Shown: positions 1 through 8,680 of the stretch, piece after piece
Layout of the letters: each line of letters opens with the position of its first letter
Numbering within the stretch: the first letter of the stretch is position 1
NCBI RefSeq assembly: GCF_006345805.1
Contig: NW_021824629.1
Location: 1 to 17,833, forward strand
From: Octopus sinensis
Lineage: Eukaryota
DNA: 17,833 nucleotides
Direction: 5' to 3'
Translations under genes and position numbers: made by a program
Notes under the pieces: model-generated
The model's database searches: none
Told to the model about the DNA's origin: nothing
The model's input: the letters and a program-made list of their open reading frames with translations, nothing else

Positions 1-34
1 AGAACAACGCGTGAGATATAAGTGATTATGTAAT

Positions 35-172
35 TAGAGAGAGAACGAAAGAGGACGAGAGAGAGAGAGGGAGAGAGAGTCAGAGTTATAGAGGGAGACG
101 GAGGCAGAGGAGAGAAAGAAAGAAAGAACGAAAACCAAAGTGAGAGAGAGAGAGAGAGAGAGAGAAAGAGGA
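35..172. repeat. (GA)n-rich purine microsatellite
   Basis: Runs of GAGAGA with interruptions, read directly. Confidence 0.9.
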
Positions 173-337
173 AGAGTCTTGATTAAGAATAAATCGATTA
201 AGACTAAAGATAAATGAATCTTAGTGTGATATCATATTTCGGTGGAGTAGACGTACGTGTGTACGTTGATGGGGGACTAAGATTGTATTGAGATATGTGA
301 GAGTATAGGGCTGGTTTCATGTTTGCGTGAGTGGGCA

Positions 338-346
338 TGCGTGTGC

Positions 347-381
<35 letters not shown>

Positions 382-486
382 TGCGTATGTGTATTTGTGA
401 ATGTGTGTTTATGTGTGTGTATGTATGTGTGCGTATATACTTCTGTGTGTGTGTGTGTTGTTTTGTGTGTGGTGTGTGTGTGTGTG
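338..486. repeat. (GT)n microsatellite, imperfect
   Basis: Long TG dinucleotide runs; source of the spurious CV/TH ORFs. Confidence 0.95.
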
Positions 487-756
487 TTTATGATGGTGTC
501 AGGCACGAACTGAGGTGAAGGAAACTGAACGGTACTGAATGTAAGTGTAATTTTTCTGTGCGCTTGTCTAAGCATGCGTAAGTATATTCTTTTTTGCTAA
601 CTTTCATTCAATTAGCGCAAACGTCTATCTAAGCGTATTAATAGTATATATACATGCATATATATAATATAAATAATAAATATGTGTGATTGTTTTTATT
701 AAAAACCTTAATGTTATAGATATATGCATACATATGTGTGTGTGTTGGGGGTGTAT

Positions 757-758
757 GT

Positions 759-803
<45 letters not shown>

Positions 804-817
804 TATATATATATAAT
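757..817. repeat. (TA)n microsatellite
   Basis: Read directly. Confidence 0.95.
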
Positions 818-1239
818 ACGTAACTTAATACAGAACACTGTTAACCTTCAATTAATATCACCCATACATCCCATACACCATTCACATTACAGAATTATAT
901 CTACCCTAATTGCACCAAATCCAGAGCTACTTACCTCCCTTACACACAATATTTTTACTCATGGACTAGTAGACCCGACAACGTTCGGTAATCGGTGTCC
1001 ATTCAAAGCTGGGATCAGTAATTTTATGAAACCGGTATGCTTTTGAATCTATCTAACAATTCACAATAATGACTTTTATTAATTTTATTCCTACCTCAGT
1101 TCATCTAATTGTATATATGTATCGTTACTTTTCATAGAAACCATTTACTTTTTTTGATTTCCAATGTGCATTTTCGCTTATTTTTGTCTTACTTTCCCAT
1201 TACATTTCCACGTGTAGTTTCTATTTTCTATTTGTTACA

Positions 1240-1243
<4 letters not shown>

Positions 1244-1322
<79 letters not shown>

Positions 1323-1346
1323 TGTGTGTGTCTGTGTGTGTGTGTA
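1244..1346. repeat. compound (TA)n(TG)n(GA)n microsatellite
   Basis: Read directly. Confidence 0.95.
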
Positions 1347-1524
1347 TAAACGTGATTTAGTTATGTAATTTAGGTCAATATTGAAGAGAATAGTGCATAT
1401 AAAAACAGAATTCGAAGCGCATTGTGACTAGTGGTATGTAAGAGCATCCGATGGTATAGTCTATACTGTTGTACTGTAGAATATATAATCATATGCCATG
1501 TATACTAACATGTGTGTGCATGAA

Positions 1525-1643
1525 TGTATATATATATATATACATATATATACATATATATAAGTATATGTATATATATATATGCGTGTGCGTATATACA
1601 TATATGCATATGTGTATATATATGTACATACATACACACTAAA

Positions 1644-1676
<33 letters not shown>

Positions 1677-1685
1677 CATACATAT
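1525..1685. repeat. degenerate (TA)n/(CA)n microsatellite
   Basis: Read directly. Confidence 0.9.
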
Positions 1686-2324
1686 TTCTCACAGGAAACG
1701 GGTGTCGTGATGTCTGACTATGGTTGTGAGAAGACAGTAAACATGAAGCAGTCATACCCTACGGTATTGAGTTCTCCTTTACTGGGGATTGCTACGAGGA
1801 ACAGCTCAAGATCTATCGCTATACGTATGTAAGCATATATGCACACACACACACACACACACTCACACACGCACGCACATATCGATAGCTAGATATATAG
1901 GCAGATAGACACATACACAAATACACACATAGATGTGGATGTATGGTGGCTTAGACACCCGGATGGCAATATAGATATTGATGGAGTGGGCGGCGGATGG
2001 TCGGATGAATGCTTGACTTGGTAAATTGTTAGAGAAATAGATATAGCAATAGGCAGACTGGTAGATTGATGAGTTTGAAGGCAGGCTTGATTGATGGATG
2101 CTATTATATCAGGAGAGTCAGCTTAATAAATATAGCATGCACAAAAGCACATTCGTGTGTATACATCTGCGTGTGTGTGTGTGTGGGGGGGGGGCAAATA
2201 ATTGGTTGTATGTGGTTGTATATTTATATAGATCCGTTGATGGCCCTGGGTATTTATAGGCAGATATGTGATTTGTTTCATACACTGTATCAAGAATACA
2301 CCGCGCACACAATCGAATTATCAT

Positions 2325-2673
2325 TAATATTATTATTATTCAGTAGTATAGTTTTTATAGCGTGCTTTCACTTCACTACCGAGCGCAGCTCTGTGTGCCT
2401 TGGGTATGTGCTGTGATTTGTTGTGATGCTCTGATGGTTATTGTATGGAAAGTGTTCTGCGTAGGATGTGGTGCAGTGCCTAGTAGTGCAATTTCTGTAT
2501 TTGTATATTGTTTTGTAAGTCCTGGTGTTTTGTTAAGTAATTTGTCTGAATATTTTTTTATCATGCCTAATATGATAGGAATTGTTTCTGTTTTTAGATT
2601 CCACATTCTGGTTACCTCTATTTCCAGGTCTTTGTATTTTGAAAGTTTCTCCATTTCTTTTAGAGACACGTTG
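2325..2673 (-). mobile_element. 5'-truncated 3' end of an R4/Dong-like (restriction-like endonuclease) non-LTR retrotransposon with (TAA)n tail
   Basis: Minus ORF 2376-2669 reads KEMEKLSKYKDLEIEVTRMWNLKTETIPII..LGMIKK...IALLGTA, the K..KY.DL / PII(VGA)LG C-terminal signature of RLE-clade LINEs. A short 3' UTR ends in AATAATAAT at ~2325-2340, and the 5' side abuts a long (TAA)n. Confidence 0.8.
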
Positions 2674-2674
2674 T

Positions 2675-2803
2675 ATTATTATTATTATTATTTTATTATT
2701 ATTATTTTATTATTATTATTATTATTATTATATTATTATTATATTATTATTGTTACTATTGTTATTATTATTATCATTATTATTATTATTATTATTATTA
2801 TCA
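2675..2803. repeat. (TTA)n microsatellite
   Basis: Read directly. Confidence 0.95.
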
Positions 2804-3358
2804 TTTAGTGAGAGAGCAGTGCATGCCATCAAGGTGAAACGGGTAAAATATACGAAGCCCAGTATAACCATCATGACTACCCGTCTGATAAGGGTACACT
2901 AGGCACATGCATCACAACCATATGTTCGCGACATGGTGGTCTCATATCAAGATAAATAGCACATGACCTTGCAGGTGAGGTCCAGTTAGAATTTTCTTCT
3001 GGTCGAGTAACCCATCCCGCTCAAAAAGTCCCTGAATAAGGATTGTTTAAGGATGTTGAACGAAACACCCATATTTCCAGAGGTGAATTATCCAAACCTC
3101 CAAAAATTCCTCTCAACACATGGCTATGATGCTCCCCCACTACTTCTGCTTGTGATCAGAGATGCACATATCGTCAACCACTAAGGGACATGCTCAACTG
3201 GTTAAGGTCAAACAATTGACAAGCAAATCTGTGGTATTGAGCAGAATATTTGCTGTAGCCCATCTTTTATACCAAGACAAAACAATGTACATGATAACAC
3301 TTCCAATCAGTTAAGATCAGAAGCCATGAGAGCCACTGCCTGGTACTGCATCGGGGCC
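2804..3358 (-). mobile_element. ~550-bp non-coding interspersed element embedded in a (TAA)n array, family unresolved
   Basis: Complex sequence with sharp edges, bounded on both sides by TTA repeats, with no meaningful ORF. It resembles a high-copy octopus repeat from memory. Strand is inferred from the (TAA)n tail. Confidence 0.5.
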
Positions 3359-3426
3359 TATTATTATTGTTATTATCATCATCATCATCATCATCATCAT
3401 TATCATTATTATTATTATTATTATTG
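3359..3426. repeat. (TTA)n/(TCA)n microsatellite
   Basis: Read directly. Confidence 0.95.
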
Positions 3427-3427
3427 T

Positions 3428-3585
3428 GGAAGCACAACGGCCCAGTTGTTAGGGCAGCGGACTCGCTGTCGGAGGACCACGATTTCGATTCCCAGACCGG
3501 GCGTTGTGTGTGGGGTCGATCTAATCGAGTGGCCCCCCCCTCCCCTAAAATTTCGGGCCTTGTGCCTGGAGTAGAAAAGTATATT
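3428..3585 (+). mobile_element. tRNA-headed SINE, internally deleted or chimeric
   Basis: A-box-like CGGCCCAGTTGTTAGG and B-box-like ATTTCGATTCC; the head matches 12893-12980 (minus). The 3' part GGGGTCGATCTAATCGA...AAATTTCGGGCCTTGTGCC..AGTAGAAAAG matches the tails of the copies at 6501-6817 and 12118-12260. Confidence 0.8.
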
Positions 3586-3752
3586 GGTTTCCAGTTTTGG
3601 CACTTCCGTAGTAATTAAGAAATAGGGGTAAGTCGATCCTAGTGTTTAAATGGTAATTATTTTCAACAACGAAAGGCAAAGAGGACGACGGCGGAATTTG
3701 AACTCAGAAGGTAAATTCTGCTAATTATTTTGTCTAGCGTGTTGACGATTCA
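3586..3752 (-). mobile_element. old, degenerate SINE copy of the family at 3775-4152
   Basis: Retains GAAAGGCAAAG..GAC..CGGCGGAATTTGAACTCAGAA, the reverse complement of the B-box region. Confidence 0.65.
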
Positions 3753-3774
3753 ACCTAAAGTGATATACAAATAG

Positions 3775-4152
3775 TGTTTTCTATTCTAGGTACAGGACCC
3801 GAAATCTTGGGCGAGCGGGGCCAGACGATTAGATCGACTCCAGTACGCAACAAAAGGATGAAGGCAAAGTTGTCCCCGGCGGCATTTGAACTCAGAATGT
3901 AGCGGCAGACGAAATACCTATTTCTTTACTATCCACAAGGGGCTAAACACAGAGAGGACAAACAAGGACAGACAAAGAGATTAAGTCGATTATATCGACT
4001 ACAATGCGTAACTGGTACTTAATTTATCGACCCCGAAAGGATGAAAGGCAAAGTCGACCTCGGTGGAATTTGAACTCAGAACGTAACGGCTGACGAAATA
4101 CCGCAAGGCATTTCGCACGGCGTCCTCACGTTTCTGCCAGCTCGCCGCCTTA
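3775..4152 (-). mobile_element. dimeric tRNA-derived SINE with Meta/MESC-like central domain
   Basis: Minus strand starts AAGGCGGCGAGCTGGCAGAA (A box), then B box GAGTTCAAATTCC and central GCCTTTCATCCTTTCGGGGTCGATAAATTAAGTACCAG. A second partial unit restarts at ~3918. Near-identical copies at 6216-6817, 12118-12260 and 17782-17833. The domain name is from recall. Confidence 0.9.
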
Positions 4153-4184
4153 GTGATATATAAATAATGGGTGTATTCATTTCT

Positions 4185-4261
4185 TCGCGGAATGCAGTTT
4201 CGATCTATGGACCTCCCGGTTATGGGACCAGCTAACGTCACTCCGCATCCACCACGTCGAT
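4185..4261 (-). pseudogene. degenerate initiator tRNA-Met (CAT) pseudogene
   Basis: Minus strand GTGGTGGATGCGGAGTGACGTTAGCTGGTCCCATAACCGGGAGGTCCATAGATCGAAACTGCATTCCGCGA aligns by eye to metazoan tRNAiMet (GTGGCGCAGCGGAAGCGTGCTGGGCCCATAACCCAGAGGTCGATGGATCGAAACCATCCTCTGCTA). Anticodon CAT at 4222-4224 and initiator-specific T loop GATCGAAA are kept; acceptor and D stems are broken. Confidence 0.75.
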
Positions 4262-4725
4262 CACATCAGCGAAAACTTTAGTAAATGTATAAAGTATTAT
4301 GTCTTTCACTATTTGTTTTGGTGTCAAATGTACGAATACAGTAACTACAAATATCCCAGCTCTGGGATGTCAGTGCAGATGCTGAAAGACAACATTTCAC
4401 CCTGGCAATAGACCGAGAGTCACATTTGACAAACTACATGCGTAGCTCCATGCCTTCCACATTATTCTGGGTGTCTCGTCTTTTGACATTTTCAGATCAG
4501 CCAGAAACAAATCAATTTTATAAACTTTTCCCCAGCGCAGCGAAGTCAGAGAGCTTGAAAATATAGCAAGCGCATTTCCAAGTAAGTCTGTTATACAGAA
4601 ATATATACCTGTATATATGTAGGTCTCTATGAGTGCATACATATATATTATTACTATTACTATTATATTATTATATGATCGAACGACTCGCATCCATTTC
4701 CCAGTAAGTTTTACCTAAGTTTACC

Positions 4726-4920
<195 letters not shown>

Positions 4921-5209
4921 GTTATCCGTAATAATGAAGGTGAAATTAATTAATTTGGAATAATTATCAATTACACCAAGTAGTCTTCGGCATGTAAAGC
5001 CTCATTCGAGGAAAATTTAAGTAATACTAAGCAATAAGGGTTTAGCAACGAATTGCCTTACCACATACCGAATTTAGAAATAGCAGTCAAAGGGTTATAG
5101 CTATTTCTTCTACTAAAAAGGGAGATCTCAGTAAAACAGCAATTGGAAGGCTGACACAAACAGGTAAGAGAGAATGAATGACTGCAATCTATCATACATT
5201 TTTAAGTTA

Positions 5210-5311
5210 TACGGATGCGTTTTCGAAATCAAGTTTTTAGGAAAGCATAATAATTAAATATTAAATATTAAATAATTCTATCTTACCGAAACTTCTTTTC
5301 TCTTCAGCGTA
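5210..5311 (-). ncRNA. hammerhead ribozyme, type I, degenerate copy
   Basis: Minus strand TACG-CTGAAGA-GAAA...TTTC-GAAA-ACGCATC-CGTA. Core boxes are present, but stem III is disrupted and stem I shortened relative to the copy at 5841. Confidence 0.65.
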
Positions 5312-5840
5312 GAATACTATATCATAATGATTATATATTGAATTTTGAGATACTAGGAGGCACCAACTCAACTCAGTATCAGAGCGAGCTAGAATCCGCA
5401 ACTAGTATCACCGAATTCAAATTTGTGAATGAACGATTGTGTCAACAGCCCCTTCCCACCCGCGGTGTAGCCAAAACAAGATGCTGTGGTCATCTACTGA
5501 GATAAAATATGGTTATCCGTAATAATGAAGGGTGAATTAATTAATTTGGAATAATATCAATTACACCAAGTAGTCTTCGGCATGTAAAGCCTCATTCGAG
5601 AGGAAATTTAAGTAATACTAAGCAATAAGGGTTTAGCAACGAATTGCTATTTTATCTCAGTAGATGACCACAGCATCTTGTTTTGGCTACACCGGGTGGG
5701 AAGGGGCTGTGACACAATCGTTTCATTCACAAATTTTGAATTCGGTGATACTAGTTGCGGATTCTAGCTCGCTCTGATACTGAGTTGAGTTGGTGCCTCC
5801 TAGTATCTCAAATTCAATATATAATCATTTATGATTATAG

Positions 5841-5948
5841 TATCTACGCTGAAGAGAAAAGAATTTTCGGTAAGATAGAATTATTTAATATTTATTTAAT
5901 TCTTATGCTTTCCTAAAAACTTGATTTCGAAACGTACGTCCGTAGATA
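5841..5948 (+). ncRNA. hammerhead ribozyme, minimal type I, intact
   Basis: Stem I TATCTACG (5841-5848) pairs with CGTAGATA (5941-5948). Core CTGAAGA 5849-5855. Stem II is closed by GAAA/TTTC (5856-5928). GAAA 5929-5932. Minimal stem III C-GTAC-G with palindromic loop. Cleavage triplet GTC 5938-5940. Confidence 0.88.
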
Positions 5949-6123
5949 ACTTAAAATGTATGATAGATTGCAGTCATTCATTCTCTCTTACCTGTTTGTG
6001 TCAGCCTTCAATTGCTGTTTTTACTGAGATCTCCCTTTTTAGTAGAAGAAATAGCTATAACCTTTGACTGCTATTTCTAAATTCGGTATGTGGGGCAATT
6101 CGTTGCTAAACCCTTATTGCTTA

Positions 6124-6124
<1 letters not shown>

Positions 6125-6177
<53 letters not shown>
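6125..6177. repeat. (TA)n microsatellite
   Basis: Read directly; right flank of the hammerhead element. Confidence 0.95.
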
Positions 6178-6178
<1 letters not shown>

Positions 6179-6215
6179 TGGTCGGCGAAAATGCATGGAG
6201 GGAATATAAAGAATT

Positions 6216-6489
6216 AATATTCTTTTCTACTCCAAGCACTTAATTTATCGACCTCGGCGGACGAAATAACTTTTTCTTTACTACCCACAAGGGGCTAAAC
6301 ACAAAGAGGACAAACGGATTAAGTCGATTATATCGACCCCAGTGCGTAACTGGTACTTAATTTATCTACCCCGAAAAGATGAAAGGCAAAGTCGACCTCG
6401 GCAGAATTTGAACTCAGGACGTAACGGCAGACGAAATACGGCTACGTATTTCGCCCGGCGTGCTAACGTTTCTGCCAGCTCGCCGCCTT
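6216..6489 (-). mobile_element. dimeric tRNA-derived SINE (same family as 3775-4152), second unit heavily deleted
   Basis: High identity to 3908-4151, including A box, B box and central domain. Confidence 0.9.
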
Positions 6490-6500
6490 TATGAACAATT

Positions 6501-6665
6501 AATATTCTTTTCTACTCTAGGCATAAGGTCTGAAATTTATTGCGAGAGGGCCAGTTGATTAGATCGACCCCAGTACGCAACTGGTACTGAATTCATCGAC
6601 TCCGAAAGGATGAAAGGCAAAGTCGACCTCGGCAGAAATTGAACTCAGAACGGAGCGGCAGACGA
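6501..6665 (-). mobile_element. SINE, same family, lacking the A-box part
   Basis: GATCGACCCCAGTACGCAACTGGTAC...GGATGAAAGGCAAAGTCGACCTCGGCAGAAATTGAACTCAGAAC. Confidence 0.9.
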
Positions 6666-6817
6666 GGTCGACTTTGCTTTTCATCTTTTCGGGGTCGATA
6701 AATTCAGTACCAGTTGCGTACTGGGGTCGATATAATCAAGTACTTGGGTCATCTAATCGACTGGCACCCTCCCTAAAAATACTTCGAGCCTTGTACCTAA
6801 AGTAGAAGAGAATATTA
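6663..6817 (+). mobile_element. SINE, same family, 5'-truncated, inverted relative to 6501-6665
   Basis: CGAGGTCGACTTTGCTTTTCATCTTTTCGGGGTCGATAAATTCAGTACCAG...AGTAGAAGAGAATATT. Confidence 0.9.
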
Positions 6818-7299
6818 TCAAGATTGAAATCGTACTCCAGAACGACGCAATTGCGTCATCATTTCCCCGTTTCTGCCGCTCAACCGCCGCCAGCCAATAT
6901 TTTGTTTAAATATTAACTATCTCATAGCTGTGTATAAAACCAGCATATATATACATGTCATGCTGGCTGCAGATATGAAACATATTAATTTATTTTTCCA
7001 AAACCACAGCTGCCATATATTTTACCTCGTTTCCTTTTTTCCCTTCTCATTGTGTATTTTATCTTGGCAGATTATTATTAAAACGTTCCTCTAAATCTTA
7101 GCGCTTTCCTTGATTCTTTTGTTTCCCACCATTTCAACAACTCTAATACTGTTTAACAAGAGAATGGAGATCGCTTGATATGGCCGCCATAGCGTATTTA
7201 TTTTACGTCTTATTTTCTGCTTTATTTTGTTTGATTCTTTTCTCTTTTTGGCAACAACATTGGCAGAAAACGGTGGCCAAACACTTAATTGATATACAT

Positions 7300-7333
<34 letters not shown>

Positions 7334-7583
7334 GTCTGCAGACAGACATACACGTTCATATATCATACAGCGCATTCGTACACAAGACGTACATATACGC
7401 AACACAAACAACCACACAAGCACAACTACACACGCACATGGATGTTTAAACACGTAACTGATAATTGTGTTTTCTCACCACGATTGACACCGTGTCTGTC
7501 TGTCTGTCTAGATTATCGATGTTCTTGATTCTTTTCTTTTTATTTTCGTAACCGACCAAATGTATACATGCGTATGTATAAGT

Positions 7584-7586
<3 letters not shown>

Positions 7587-7662
<76 letters not shown>
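7587..7662. repeat. (TA)n(TG)n microsatellite
   Basis: Read directly. Confidence 0.95.
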
Positions 7663-7663
<1 letters not shown>

Positions 7664-7867
7664 AAGTCCATATATATTATATATGAGTTTGCATGCGAGT
7701 GATCGTGTGCGTGTGTTCATTTAGCCGATGCTTTCCATATCTGCTGCATACGTTCATGTAAGCCGTGTGTTTTATATAACTAAATCATACGTTGACGAGC
7801 TTTATGCATTTGGTATAGAAACATGTAACCCAATAATTGAACAGTTCATATTAACAATCAAAATCGC

Positions 7868-8082
7868 ATACATACACACATATGCACGCACACACACACA
7901 CACCCATATATATATATTCATATAATATATAAGTGCATGTGTAAATATATATATAATATATACTATTTATAGAAATATATATACATATATATATATATAC
8001 ATACATATAAACATATATATACATATATATACATATGTAGATATCCATATGTACATATAAACATATATATATACATATAAAC

Positions 8083-8122
<40 letters not shown>

Positions 8123-8155
8123 ACATATATGCATATATAGATATGTATATGTATA
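7868..8155. repeat. degenerate (CA)/(TA)/(TG) low-complexity tract
   Basis: Read directly. Confidence 0.9.
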
Positions 8156-8181
8156 TTTGTCTATGTATGTACGTATAGTAA

Positions 8182-8448
8182 TTTTTGCTTGTTTCAGCCA
8201 TTAGACTGCATGCAGGCTAGGCGACCGGTTTGTGGAGTTTTAATCAAACCTATTTTGCGCAGTATTTCTCTTTTTAAAAGCCTAACATTATCTATCTATC
8301 TATCTATCTATCTATATCTATCTATCTGTCTGTCTGTCTGTCTGTCTATTTATCTATCGGTCTTTTGACTGAACCGCTAAGTTACGGGGGTGTAAACAAA
8401 CAAACACAAGTTTTTTATTGTTGCGGTGGGATATAAACACAAACACAC
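8182..8448 (-). mobile_element. 3' half of a high-copy SINE, interrupted by (CTAT)n(CTGT)n
   Basis: Shares CTTGTTTCAG.CATT.GACTG and CTGAACCGCTAAGTTACGGGG with 16659-16872. Confidence 0.75.
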
Positions 8449-8469
8449 GTGATATAGAGCAAACTAGTT

Positions 8470-8680
8470 TGTGTCCCTGTTCTAGTGTCAAGTAAATCCC
8501 CATTAGTGTAAAACCAGCCTTCAGCCCAACTTACCTCCTTAGGTACAAATATAGGCCATCTTTGAAATCCCTATCCGCCGAGTAACTCACCTTGCAGAGG
8601 TCAATATAGGCTGCGAACACACCCGGCCCAAAATTCTGCTTGACTTCAACGAGTGCAAAGAAGAGCCAGGATCCCCTCTT
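8470..8680 (-). mobile_element. decayed RTE-clade LINE reverse transcriptase fragment
   Basis: ALVEVKQNFGPGVFAAYIDLCKVSYSADR matches the RT motif (AAY(V/I)DL.KAFDSV.R), followed by GLY and a QG-like remnant. Stops and deletions are present. Confidence 0.65.

Larger units (their letters stand above)
4921..6127. mobile_element. non-autonomous Penelope-like (pseudo-LTR) or retrozyme-type element: 591-bp unit, 136-bp tandem repeat and ~480-bp inverted copy
   Basis: 5512-5647 repeats 4921-5056. 5648-6127 is the reverse complement of 5024-5509. Each arm has a hammerhead motif, there is no ORF, and (TA)n lies on both sides. Confidence 0.8.

Noticed and set aside
930-1055. Minus-strand donor GAG|GTAAGT near 934 with a possible upstream exon
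   Set aside because: The best frame hits a stop before the donor and the acceptor is weak.
3190-3358. Hammerhead or HDV-like ribozyme, or U2-derived head, in the 550-bp element
   Set aside because: CTGA motifs lack a correctly placed GAAA and stems; the pseudoknot pairings could not be completed; snRNA similarity is only a few bases.
4397-4693. Minus ORF and a possible plus exon 4496-4581 with a good GTAAGT donor
   Set aside because: The plus candidate has stops in all three frames. The minus peptide resembles nothing I recognise.
5024-6127. MITE or DNA transposon with terminal inverted repeats
   Set aside because: The inverted arms are not terminal-symmetric (left arm extends 103 bp further), the spacer is a tandem copy of the unit, and hammerheads point to a retroelement.
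6844-6857. 14-bp palindrome GACGCAATTGCGTC with a nearby CCAAT
   Set aside because: It lies within what looks like a decayed SINE head and has no other promoter evidence.
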